Shown: one piece after another, positions 1-8,554 of the stretch | Numbering within the stretch: the first letter of the stretch is position 1 | Layout: each line of letters opens with the position of its first letter | Origin: a virus | Lineage: Duplodnaviria; Caudoviricetes | Length of the DNA stretch: 29,466 nucleotides | IMG/VR virus record: IMGVR_UViG_3300049009_000310 | Location: 1-29,466 of that record | Strand: one strand, 5' to 3' | The notes under the pieces: model-generated | The model's input: the letters and a program-made list of their open reading frames with translations, nothing else | Databases searched by the model: none | Told to the model about the DNA's origin: nothing | Made by a program: the position numbers and the translations under genes

Positions 1-2
1 AT

Positions 3-575
3 GTTCAGGCGAGGCAACAGCCCCTCCCGAACCCTCCCGCCCCAGATGATTTTCAAAGCGCCGACGCTTACGCAGAGGCGCTTGCAGAGCGTAAAGCTCA
101 GGAGATCGTCGCAAGGCGAGATGCCGCCGGCCAGCAAGCGCAGTTTCTGTCGTCCTATCACGAAAAGGAAGACGGCGCGAGAGATCGGTACGATGACTTT
201 GAACAAGTCGCGTACAACCCTTCGCTCCCTGTAACTGACGTGATGGCGCAGACTATTCAGGCATCGGACAACGGCCCAGATATTATCTATCATCTGGGCA
301 CAAATCCGAAAGAGTCAGCTCGTATCGCAGCACTACCGCAATTCTTGCAGGCGAAGGAGATCGGACGGTTAGAGGCCAAGTTGGCCGCGACGCCCCCGGT
401 CAAGAGAACGTCAACCGCCCCGGCCCCTATCAATCCGGTCGCGGCCCGCCAGAACGGTGCGCCTGCATACGACACGACGGACCCAAGGTCCATGAAGTCG
501 ATGTCAACAAGCGAGTGGATCGAAGCTGACAGGCAACGCCAGATCAGGAAAGCCGAGGGCCAGCGCAACCGCTAG
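3..575 (+). CDS. Capsid scaffolding protein (5'-truncated)
   Basis: The frame of ORF 240..575 is open from position 3 (VQARQQPLPNPPAPDDFQSADAYAEALAERKA...YDDFEQVAYNPSLPVTDVMAQTI...). Helical protein with a Pro-rich linker and charged C-terminal helix (MSTSEWIEADRQRQ), directly upstream of the major capsid gene. Confidence 0.8.
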   Translation, partial: VQARQQPLPNPPAPDDFQSADAYAEALAERKAQEIVARRDAAGQQAQFLSSYHEKEDGARDRYDDFEQVAYNPSLPVTDVMAQTIQASDNGPDIIYHLGTNPKESARIAALPQFLQAKEIGRLEAKLAATPPVKRTSTAPAPINPVAARQNGAPAYDTTDPRSMKSMSTSEWIEADRQRQIRKAEGQRNR

Positions 576-592
576 GCAACTGAGGCATCACT

Positions 593-1798
593 ATGGCTAA
601 CTCCATTCTCACGATTGACATGATTACAAGGAAGTCTCTGGAAATTCTGGAGAATAACCTTGTGCTTACCCGTAACATCAACCGCCAGTACGACGACTCG
701 TTCGCCGCACAGGGAGCCAAGATCGGCACTACGCTGCGCATCCGCCTCCCCGACCGCGCTCTGGTTACAGACGGCGCGGCCCTTCAGGTGCAGGACGACA
801 ACGAGCAGTTCACCACGCTTGCGGTTTCCAGCCAGAAGCATATCGGCGTCAACTTCACGACCGCCGAAATGACCATGCAGCTTGACGACTTTGCCGAGCG
901 CGTGCTGAAACCCCGCATTTCGCAGCTTGCGTCGTCCATCGACGCAGACGTGGCGAACGTCTACAAGTCCGTCTACAATTCGGTTGGCACGCCCGGCACC
1001 GCGCCGGCGACTTCCTTGGTCCTTCTGCAAGCCCAGCAGAAGCTCAATGAGTCTGCCGCACCCATGAGCCCCCGCTACGCGACGGTCAATCCCGCCGCCA
1101 ACGCTGGCCTTGTGGAAGGTTTGAAGGGGTTCTTCAATCCTACCGACACGATCAGCCGTCAGTTTAAAAGCGGCATGATGGGGACGGGCGTCCTTGGTTA
1201 CGATGAGATCAATATGTCTCAGTCGATCAAGACCCTCACCACGGGCTCCCGCGCAACGGCCGCTACGGTCACAACGACTGTGGCTACCGAAGGCCAAGCA
1301 ACGCTTAACATCACCGGAACCGGCTCTCAAACGCTGGCTGTTGGTGACGTGTTCACGATTGCCGCCGTCAACGCGGTCAACCCGCAGACCCGTGAGTCAA
1401 CTGGTTCGCTTCAGCAGTTCGTCGTCACCGCAGCCAACACGGCTTCCGGCGGCGCCTACACATCTGTGGCAATCAGTCCTCCGCTCTACACCGCGGCGCA
1501 CGCGCTGGCGACTGTTGACGCTTTCCCCGTAGCGTCTGCCGTCATCACGTTCCTTGGAGCGTTGTCGTCGCAGTACCCGCAGAACCTTGTATATTGCAAG
1601 GATGCGTTCACCTTCGCAACCGCCGACCTTCTGCTTCCCCAGGGCGTCGATATGGCTTCGCGGCAGGTGCATAACGGCATTTCGCTCCGCATTGTTCGTC
1701 AGTACGACATCAATAACGACCGTATGCCTTGCCGCATCGACGTGCTATATGGCTTCGCCGCCATCCGCCCGGCGATGGCCTGCCGTATCTACGGTTGA
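593..1798 (+). CDS. Major capsid protein, P22 gp5 family
   Basis: 401 aa; MANSILTIDMITRKSLEILENNL start, KIGTTLRIRLP, C-terminal RIDVLYGFAAIRP typical of P22-coat-like MCPs; GAGG RBS upstream. Confidence 0.95.
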   Translation: MANSILTIDMITRKSLEILENNLVLTRNINRQYDDSFAAQGAKIGTTLRIRLPDRALVTDGAALQVQDDNEQFTTLAVSSQKHIGVNFTTAEMTMQLDDFAERVLKPRISQLASSIDADVANVYKSVYNSVGTPGTAPATSLVLLQAQQKLNESAAPMSPRYATVNPAANAGLVEGLKGFFNPTDTISRQFKSGMMGTGVLGYDEINMSQSIKTLTTGSRATAATVTTTVATEGQATLNITGTGSQTLAVGDVFTIAAVNAVNPQTRESTGSLQQFVVTAANTASGGAYTSVAISPPLYTAAHALATVDAFPVASAVITFLGALSSQYPQNLVYCKDAFTFATADLLLPQGVDMASRQVHNGISLRIVRQYDINNDRMPCRIDVLYGFAAIRPAMACRIYG

Positions 1799-1812
1799 TC
1801 CTGACCGATCCC

Positions 1813-1834
1813 GGCCCCGGCGTCAGCCGGGGCC
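1813..1834. other. GC-rich stem-loop after the capsid gene (no U-tract)
   Basis: GGCCCCGGC-GTCA-GCCGGGGCC, perfect 9-bp stem. Confidence 0.6.
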
Positions 1835-1864
1835 AATCAACACCCATTCAGAAAGGTTACGAAC

Positions 1865-2278
1865 ATGGCTCTCCCCAATGGCGCAGGCGGCTATCAGGTT
1901 GGCGACGGCAACGTCAACGACCCGATCATCGACCTCATCTCAGCTCCGGCTTCTGTCACTACGACTGCCACTCTCACAGCAGCGCAAATCCTTGGCGGTT
2001 TTATCCTCGCTAACAACGGCATCACAAGCACCGTGACCTACACGCTGCCGACCGTAACGGACCTTGAGGCTGCACTGATTAATTCCGACCGCATCGGTAC
2101 GACCTTCTCGTTCCGTGTGGTCAACCTCGGCACCTCGACCGGCACCGCAGTTATTGCGGCGGGCACCGGCTGGACCGTGACGGGCTCGCTCACGATGACG
2201 ATCCCAATCACGACTGGCGCGCAGATGGTAGCGCGCAAGTCTGCCGCAAGCGCGTGGACGCTCTACCGCGTACTCTAA
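1865..2278 (+). CDS. Putative capsid cement/decoration protein
   Basis: 137 aa, Thr/Ala/Gly-rich and beta-type, immediately after the MCP; GAAAGG RBS. Confidence 0.65.
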   Translation: MALPNGAGGYQVGDGNVNDPIIDLISAPASVTTTATLTAAQILGGFILANNGITSTVTYTLPTVTDLEAALINSDRIGTTFSFRVVNLGTSTGTAVIAAGTGWTVTGSLTMTIPITTGAQMVARKSAASAWTLYRVL

Positions 2279-2299
2279 GGCCCGCGTACTCCAACAAAA

Positions 2300-2324
2300 G
2301 GAGGGGGCCTCACAGCCCCCTTTC
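2300..2324 (+). terminator. Putative intrinsic terminator
   Basis: GAGGGGGC-CTCACA-GCCCCCTTTC hairpin after the cement gene. Confidence 0.5.
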
Positions 2325-2329
2325 ACCAC

Positions 2330-2518
2330 ATGGCAGCCATTTACTTGCAGCATCCCCGTCACGGCGCTAAGGTTGCTATATCGGAAGCTGAAGCCGAGTA
2401 CGACGAGACGGAAGGGTGGACCCGTTACGATCCGGTTTCCGCACCACCGCAGCCTGCTAAACTAGAAGACGTTTCTGCCGACCCGCCGGTTCGTCGGCGT
2501 CGCGCTCGCCCGGAGTAA
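2330..2518 (+). CDS. Small virion-module hypothetical protein
   Basis: 62 aa, IYLQHPRHGAKVA...EAEYDETEGW, basic tail; lies between the cement and adaptor genes. Confidence 0.7.
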   Translation: MAAIYLQHPRHGAKVAISEAEAEYDETEGWTRYDPVSAPPQPAKLEDVSADPPVRRRRARPE

Positions 2519-2521
2519 ACC

Positions 2522-3235
2522 ATGCCTGTCACCGCCGGCGACCAGATCAACGGAGCCCTTCGGCTTCTAGGCTTGCTGGCAGAAGGTGAAACTCCCTCTG
2601 CGGCGATGTCGCAGGACGCCTTGTCCGCGCTCAATCAAATGCTTGACTCCTGGTCCACGGAGCGCCTTGCGGTCTATTCGACGCAGGACCAAGTGCTGAC
2701 GTGGCCCGCCAGTACGATCTCACGCACGCTCGGGCCGACAGGCAATCTTGTCGGCAACCGCCCCGTGCTGCTCGACGACTCGACCTATTTCCGTGACGCG
2801 GCGACAAACGTCTCGTATGGCATAAAGTTCATCAACCAAGCGCAATACGATGGGATTGCTGTCAAGACCGTGACCAGCACGTACCCGCAAGTCATGTTCA
2901 TCAATATGACCCACCCGGACATTGAAATGTATCTGTACCCGGTGCCTTCGCGGGCGCTGGAGTTCCATTTCATTTCGGTCGAGGAACTGACGCAGCCCGC
3001 AGGGCTGGCGACGACGCTCTCGTTTCCGCCGGGCTACCTGCGCGCTTTTCGCTACAATCTGGCGACCGAGTTCGCCGCCGAGTTCGGCGTTGAGCCGTCG
3101 CCGCAAGTGCAGCGCATCGCCATGACATCCAAGCGCAACCTGAAACGCATCAATAACCCAGACGACGTGCTGTCGATGCCCTACAGCATTGTCGCGCGCA
3201 CGCAGAAATATAACATCTTTGCGGGGAATTACTGA
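2522..3235 (+). CDS. Head-to-tail adaptor (P22 gp4-like)
   Basis: TAGDQINGALRLLG..AEGETPS...DALSALNQMLDSW start and FPPGY..AFRYNLA near the end; position after the head genes. Confidence 0.8.
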   Translation: MPVTAGDQINGALRLLGLLAEGETPSAAMSQDALSALNQMLDSWSTERLAVYSTQDQVLTWPASTISRTLGPTGNLVGNRPVLLDDSTYFRDAATNVSYGIKFINQAQYDGIAVKTVTSTYPQVMFINMTHPDIEMYLYPVPSRALEFHFISVEELTQPAGLATTLSFPPGYLRAFRYNLATEFAAEFGVEPSPQVQRIAMTSKRNLKRINNPDDVLSMPYSIVARTQKYNIFAGNY

Positions 3236-4626
3236 TGACCGGAAGCATAAAAATCTCTCAGCTTTCCGCTGCCACGACACCACTGACGGGCGCGGAGACG
3301 GTTGCGTTGGTGCAGTCCGGCGTCACCAAAAAGGCAACGATAGACAGCATTGGTTTTCAACAAGCTGAAACTAACGCAGTGCTGCGCACGGCGCAGGCTA
3401 AAATGCGCGACACAATTAGTGTTGCTGATTTTATTGGTCTGACGGACGCGATAAACGCCGCAAAAATTAGCGGTCGGCCAACCGTCATTATTGTAAACGG
3501 AACGATAAGCGTGTCGGCCACCATTGTGATTGACGCTTCTAACATAACGCTGCAAGGCGCGGGTAGCGACACGTCACACGATCTTGGTTCGCAAGGCGCT
3601 AAAGCACGGGCCACTCTGGCATGGTTGGGCAGTGCTGGCGGCACAATCCTCCAATTTGCAAGCCCGGTTGGCGCAAGCAATCAGATTTGCGGCGGGGGCG
3701 GCGCAAACAATCTGTTTTTTGCCTGCTTCAACAACGCGGCAATTGGTTTGCAGGTTCTTTCATGGCGTAGAGGCACGTTTGAAAACTTGCATTTTGACAA
3801 CCCCACTACCGTTGGTGTTGATGTCGGCGTTGTCGCATCTCTTGGCGAAGCCCGTGACACTCAAAACTGTTATTTTCGATCTCTAAGTAGCCGCCAGTTG
3901 GAAGTTACAGGCGGCCTTGGTGGTTTGATACGCTTGGGAGGCGACGCCTCCGCAAACACATCTCTCAATATGTTCGAGCAGCTTGACTGTTCTTTTTTGA
4001 ACGGTACTGCATACGCGCTCAACAACTCAGATAACAATTTATTTATCCGCGCCCGCGCTTTTCGTGCTGGGGCTGGCACCGGAAACGCCATTGTATTTAA
4101 CGGCAGCAATTCTGCGGGGGAGGTTGCTCGATCAAATATTTTTGTAAGCATGTCAACTAACGGCGCAATACCGATAATAATGCGGGGGACATCTAGCTTC
4201 ACGTACCCAAGCACCGACAACAGCGTGTTGTTTTTGGATTACGACAATGGATACACACCGCCGACTTTCGAGACAGGCGCAACAGGTCAATGGAGCGACA
4301 CACGCGGCGTACAGGCGCGCACTGTGCAGGTTACGGCTGCCGTTGGGGATGACACGACTAATGCAATAGCAGCGCAAGCGCGGCTTGGAAACGGCTCTTT
4401 ACATGTGGTTAACGGAAGCCAAAACCACGTTCGGCTATCTGACGCTGCGGGCTCTAATGTTTGGTCTTTGTCTTTAGATGGCTCTGGCAACTTGCGAATT
4501 GCACGTGTTTCTGGGTCCGCAAACTTCGATCTCCCCTCGACGCTGCTCTACAACAGCGCCGCAGTAAGCCTTGGCGCAGCCGACAGCGGCGGCGTTGGGT
4601 TCCGCGTCTTGCGGGTGCCAAACTAA
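3235..4626 (+). CDS. Tailspike/receptor-binding protein, putative beta-helix (pectin-lyase-like)
   Basis: N-terminal KISQL module, then AVLRTAQAKMRDTISVADF neck motif, ITLQGAG and Asn/Gly-rich beta-helix-like body; TGATG overlap with the adaptor gene. Confidence 0.7.
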   Translation: MTGSIKISQLSAATTPLTGAETVALVQSGVTKKATIDSIGFQQAETNAVLRTAQAKMRDTISVADFIGLTDAINAAKISGRPTVIIVNGTISVSATIVIDASNITLQGAGSDTSHDLGSQGAKARATLAWLGSAGGTILQFASPVGASNQICGGGGANNLFFACFNNAAIGLQVLSWRRGTFENLHFDNPTTVGVDVGVVASLGEARDTQNCYFRSLSSRQLEVTGGLGGLIRLGGDASANTSLNMFEQLDCSFLNGTAYALNNSDNNLFIRARAFRAGAGTGNAIVFNGSNSAGEVARSNIFVSMSTNGAIPIIMRGTSSFTYPSTDNSVLFLDYDNGYTPPTFETGATGQWSDTRGVQARTVQVTAAVGDDTTNAIAAQARLGNGSLHVVNGSQNHVRLSDAAGSNVWSLSLDGSGNLRIARVSGSANFDLPSTLLYNSAAVSLGAADSGGVGFRVLRVPN

Positions 4627-4718
4627 TGACCCAAGACATGGCCCGCGCCCTGACTGATGCAGGCTACATGACCGTTGCGGACTACCTGCGGCTGTGTAAG
4701 GAGAATGGGTGGACATGA
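4626..4718 (+). CDS. 30-aa hypothetical protein MTQDMARALTDAGYMTVADYLRLCKENGWT
   Basis: TAATG overlap with the tailspike stop and ATGA overlap with the gp10 start; contains the AAGGAG RBS of gp10. Confidence 0.55.
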   Translation: MTQDMARALTDAGYMTVADYLRLCKENGWT

Positions 4719-6235
4719 AAAGTCCGATCCTCGGCAGCGCATACGTCGCCCGCAGCGTCAACGCTGCGGACAACCGTATGGTCAACCTCTTTCCTGAAAT
4801 GCTTCAGGAAGGCAAGGAGCCTGCGTTCCTCCAGCGCGTGCCGGGGCTTGAGCTTCTGGCGACGGTTGGCGACGGGCCTATCCGGGGGCTGTTTGCGGTG
4901 GGCGCATCTCTCTACGTCGCCTCTGGCAGCGAACTATATCTTGTCGATGCTAACTACGCAGCGACGCTGCTTGGCACGTTAGCCAACGACGGCCCCGTGT
5001 CGATGGCATACAACGGCGTGCAGATATTCATCGCCTGTAGCGGCCCAAGCTACATCTACAACACCAGCACGGCGGTCTACGCGCAGATTACCGACCCCGA
5101 CTTCCCCGGCGCAACCACCGTCTCGTTCCTTGACAGCTACTTTGTCTTCATCGAGCCAGACAGCCAACGCATGTGGGTGACGAGCCTTAACGACGGCACG
5201 TCTGTTGATCCACTCGACTTCGCCAGCGCCGAGGGCGACCCTGACGGGCTCGTGTCGTCGATCACCAACCATTCAGAAGTCTGGTTGTTCGGCTCCAACT
5301 CTATCGAAGTTTGGTATAACGCCGGTACAGCAGACTTCCCCCTCCAACGCATTCAGGGCGCGTTCAACGAGATTGGCTGCGCCGCGGCGTTCTCGGTTGC
5401 CAAACTTGACAACGCCCTATTCTGGTTAGGCGCTGACGCGCGGGGCAAGGGTATCGTCTACCGGGCGAACGGCTACACTGGCACCCGCGTTTCGACGCAC
5501 GCCGTCGAGTGGCACATCCAGCAATACGAAGACATCGCGGACGCCGTAGCGTACACCTACCAGCAGGACGGCCACGCCTTCTACGTGCTGTCCTTTCCGT
5601 CCGCTAACGCGACGTGGGTCTACGATGTCGCGACGCAAGCATGGCACGAGCGTGCGGGCTTCTTTAACGGCAATCTTACGCGCCAGCGCGGGAACTGCCA
5701 GACGTTCTTTAACAACCAGAACGTGTTGGGCGATTACCAGAACGGCAACCTTTACGCTTACGACTTGTTGGTCCACGCCGACTACGACCGCCCGCAGAAG
5801 TGGCTGCGTTCGTGGCGGGCGCTGCCGCCGGGGCAGAACAACCTCAAGCGCACGATCCACGACGCCCTGCAACTTGATTGCGAGACGGGCGTAGGGCTTG
5901 ATGGCTACGACGCCGAAGACATCACGTATTTGCTTACGGAAGCGGGCCTAATACTGACCACGGAAGACGGCCGGCTGCTCGACCTAGACACGGTTCCGAC
6001 TGTCGGGGCCAACCCAAAAGTCATGCTGCGCTGGTCTGACGACGGCGGGCACACATGGTCAAGCGAACACTGGCTGTCAATTGGGCGGCTGGGCGCGTAT
6101 GGCTCCCGCGTCATCTGGCGGCGGCTGGGCGTCACTACACAAATTCGTGATCGCGTCTATGAGGTGTCCGGCACCGATCCAGTCAAGATCAACATTCTTG
6201 GGGCCGAATTGACTGTAAGGCCGACTAATGCTTAG
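4715..6235 (+). CDS. Tail nozzle / DNA-stabilisation protein (P22 gp10-like)
   Basis: ATG at 4715 after AAGGAG; VNLFPE, DFASAEGDPD, TWVYD...WHER, MLRWSDDGGHTWS, RDRVYEVSGTDPV motifs. Confidence 0.9.
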   Translation: MKSPILGSAYVARSVNAADNRMVNLFPEMLQEGKEPAFLQRVPGLELLATVGDGPIRGLFAVGASLYVASGSELYLVDANYAATLLGTLANDGPVSMAYNGVQIFIACSGPSYIYNTSTAVYAQITDPDFPGATTVSFLDSYFVFIEPDSQRMWVTSLNDGTSVDPLDFASAEGDPDGLVSSITNHSEVWLFGSNSIEVWYNAGTADFPLQRIQGAFNEIGCAAAFSVAKLDNALFWLGADARGKGIVYRANGYTGTRVSTHAVEWHIQQYEDIADAVAYTYQQDGHAFYVLSFPSANATWVYDVATQAWHERAGFFNGNLTRQRGNCQTFFNNQNVLGDYQNGNLYAYDLLVHADYDRPQKWLRSWRALPPGQNNLKRTIHDALQLDCETGVGLDGYDAEDITYLLTEAGLILTTEDGRLLDLDTVPTVGANPKVMLRWSDDGGHTWSSEHWLSIGRLGAYGSRVIWRRLGVTTQIRDRVYEVSGTDPVKINILGAELTVRPTNA

Positions 6236-6788
6236 CGACACGCGCCTACCCGCGTCCCGCGTCCCGATCCTGGTCGATGATCCCAGTCGGACAACGACGC
6301 GGGAGTGGTTTCGGTTTTTTGAGGGCCTGTCGGCTCTGCTCGGGCTAGGCTTGGGGCGGTTCTACGACACCACGTCACCGACGTTTGTTGCCGATACGCC
6401 GACAATTGTCCCGCTGTCCGTAACCAGCATTAACCGCAACATGACGCTGGCGGCTAACCGCGTCACGCTGAACAACGCGGGCACGTACCTCCTGACCGCC
6501 ACGCTGCAATTGTCAAATCCCGACGTGACCAACGCCGACTACTTCATCCTCTGGCTGAAGCTGAACGGTGCAGATCAGGCTTTCTCGGCCAACCGGGCGG
6601 CGGTCGCCGCGTCCGGTTCGGCCACGCTGACGGCAACGTATTACGTTGATGTGGCGGCCGGGGCCTATTTTGAGCTATATGGTCTGTCCAAAGCAGGCTA
6701 TGTTGACATTACGACATTTGCGAGCAGCGGCTCGCCAGCATATCCTGCGGCGCCCGGCGTCGTTCTGACCGTAACGCAAATCCTGTGA
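6228..6788 (+). CDS. Tail needle-like protein with a C-terminal beta-sandwich (TNF/C1q-like) knob
   Basis: PxxRVP...REWFRFF N-terminus, follows gp10; AGTYLLTATLQL and LWLKLNG strands. Confidence 0.55.
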   Translation: MLSDTRLPASRVPILVDDPSRTTTREWFRFFEGLSALLGLGLGRFYDTTSPTFVADTPTIVPLSVTSINRNMTLAANRVTLNNAGTYLLTATLQLSNPDVTNADYFILWLKLNGADQAFSANRAAVAASGSATLTATYYVDVAAGAYFELYGLSKAGYVDITTFASSGSPAYPAAPGVVLTVTQIL

Positions 6789-6797
6789 GGACCGACC

Positions 6798-7982
6798 ATG
6801 CCCTCCTATAACCTCTCGGCGTTCCAAGGTGGCGTCGGCATCCAGTTGTTTGACAACAACGGCGACCCGCTTGCGGGCGGCCTGATCTACACCTACACTG
6901 CGGGCACGACAACCCCCAAGGCGACTTACACGACGAGCGCCGGCAGCGTCGCCAACGCCAACCCCATCGTGCTGGACTCGGCGGGGCGCGCGCCCAACTC
7001 AGTCTATCAAGAGGTCGGTACTGACTACAAGTTCATTGTCCAAACGTCGGCGGCGGTCCTTGTCGGCACCTACGATAACATCCCCTCGATCAATGACCCG
7101 TTCAGCTTGTACAGCATTCTGACGGGCGTAACGGGCACGAACACGATCGCGGCCACGGGCACACCAACGGTCACGTCCTACGCCACGGGCGCGACCTACA
7201 GCTTCATCCCCGCGAACACCAACACCACCGCAGTTACCCTGTCTATCGACGGCCTGACGGCCCAAGCGATCAGCAAGAACAACGGCACGGCGTTGTCAGC
7301 GGGCGACATTCAAGTGGGCAAGCTGGCCCTGATTGAGTACGACGGCACGCGGTTCCAGTTGTTGAACAACCTTGTGATAGGTGGCTCGGTTACGAACGCC
7401 ACCGTCTCGGGCGGCACGATCAGCGGCCTGACAACGCCGCTGCCGGTCGCCAGCGGCGGCACGGGGCTCGCAACGCTGACACTCAACAACGTCCTGCTGG
7501 GCAACGGCACATCAGCGGCGGCGCTGGTTGCCCCCGGCACGTCCGGCAACCTCCTGACCAGCGACGGCACAACGTGGTCTTCAACTGCTGCGCCGGTTGA
7601 AATACCATCCCAGACGGGCAACGCTCGCGAGGTGCTAACGACCAACGGCACGGCAGTTTCATGGTCAACCAACCCCGCAGCGGCGGCATGGGTTAGCTTT
7701 AACGGTTCGACGGCGACTATTTTGGCGTCCTATAATGTGACGTCAATTACCCGCGTGAGCGTAGGGTACTATCGGATCACACTATCCAACGCCATGATTG
7801 ATACAAACTATTGCATCATTGGAAATGCAACCTCTCCTGGTGCTAGGGCGGGCCTTCTAAGCCCCGTGAATGGCGGCACCAAGTCAACAACCGTATTTGA
7901 TGTTGAAGTCAACGATTTCAATAATACGCGCGCGCAAGTAGACTCTGCCGCTGTCTACGTTGTAATTTTCGGAAACTGGTAA
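6798..7982 (+). CDS. Tail fibre with an N-terminal virion-attachment domain
   Basis: QLFDNNGDPLAGGLIYTY.AGTTTP...NPIVLDSAGR head; PVASGGTG and GNLLTSDGTTW shaft repeats; AWVSFNG...YNVTSIT C-terminal domain. Confidence 0.8.
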   Translation: MPSYNLSAFQGGVGIQLFDNNGDPLAGGLIYTYTAGTTTPKATYTTSAGSVANANPIVLDSAGRAPNSVYQEVGTDYKFIVQTSAAVLVGTYDNIPSINDPFSLYSILTGVTGTNTIAATGTPTVTSYATGATYSFIPANTNTTAVTLSIDGLTAQAISKNNGTALSAGDIQVGKLALIEYDGTRFQLLNNLVIGGSVTNATVSGGTISGLTTPLPVASGGTGLATLTLNNVLLGNGTSAAALVAPGTSGNLLTSDGTTWSSTAAPVEIPSQTGNAREVLTTNGTAVSWSTNPAAAAWVSFNGSTATILASYNVTSITRVSVGYYRITLSNAMIDTNYCIIGNATSPGARAGLLSPVNGGTKSTTVFDVEVNDFNNTRAQVDSAAVYVVIFGNW

Positions 7983-8554
7983 TGACCCTTGCCGATCAAG
8001 TCGAAGCCGCCTTTCTGGAGCAGCCGCAGGCTGACTGCCCGGCCACGCACCACTTTGCGCCGGGCATGTATGGTGAGTTTAATCCCATTACGGTTAGCAG
8101 CGTCACGTATGGTCCTTTTGAGCGCGAACGCCTCAAGGTCGAGAAAGCCGAACGCCTTCTTGAGACGCTGCCGCAGGTTGACTGTCCGATCACGCACCAC
8201 TTCGCGCCGGGCGTTTACATGCGCGAGATGTTCATTCCCGCGGGCGTCATGCTTACTGGGGCGGTTCACAAGACCGAACACCTTACCCTGCTCGTCAAGG
8301 GGCGGTTGCTGCTCGTCAATGGTGGCAGCGGGACGGAAGTTGTTGCCCCCGCGACGCTTCTGTCGCCCGCAGGCATCAAGCGGGCCGGATACGCAATGGA
8401 AGACTCAATTGTGATGACGATCCACGCGACAAACGAGACAGACCCTGATAAGCTCGTGTCGGAACTTACAGAGTCAACGTCATTGGAACTGCTCGGCGGG
8501 GCCGAGAACCGTCAACTGGCCGTCAGCGGCCCGCAGCCTGAGAGGTTGTCATGA
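7982..8554 (+). CDS. Cupin-like protein with a duplicated N-terminal segment
   Basis: HHFAPGVYMREMFIPAG...GAVHKTEH...GIKRAGYA...TIH cupin pattern; PQxDCPxTHHFAPGxY occurs twice. Confidence 0.65.
   Translation: MTLADQVEAAFLEQPQADCPATHHFAPGMYGEFNPITVSSVTYGPFERERLKVEKAERLLETLPQVDCPITHHFAPGVYMREMFIPAGVMLTGAVHKTEHLTLLVKGRLLLVNGGSGTEVVAPATLLSPAGIKRAGYAMEDSIVMTIHATNETDPDKLVSELTESTSLELLGGAENRQLAVSGPQPERLS
8024..8212 (+). repeat. Imperfect 42-bp direct repeat (8024-8065 and 8171-8212)
   Basis: 37/42 identical, 147 bp apart, in frame. Confidence 0.9.

Noticed and set aside
1-234. 77-aa ORF in frame 1
   Set aside because: It overlaps the scaffold frame, which is open from position 3 and reads as a coherent protein.
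572-1330. Long antisense ORFs (for example 572-1330, 11396-12079, 22200-22904, 28535-29236)
   Set aside because: They are shadows of real genes caused by GC-rich codon bias, with no recognisable motifs.
1790-1805. Capsid stop-codon readthrough or frameshift
   Set aside because: The TGA is followed by another in-frame TGA two codons later, and no slippery sequence is evident.
8024-8212. Repeat pair as a diversity-generating retroelement TR/VR
   Set aside because: Mismatches are not confined to adenines of a single template copy, the repeat is short, and there is no reverse transcriptase in the window.
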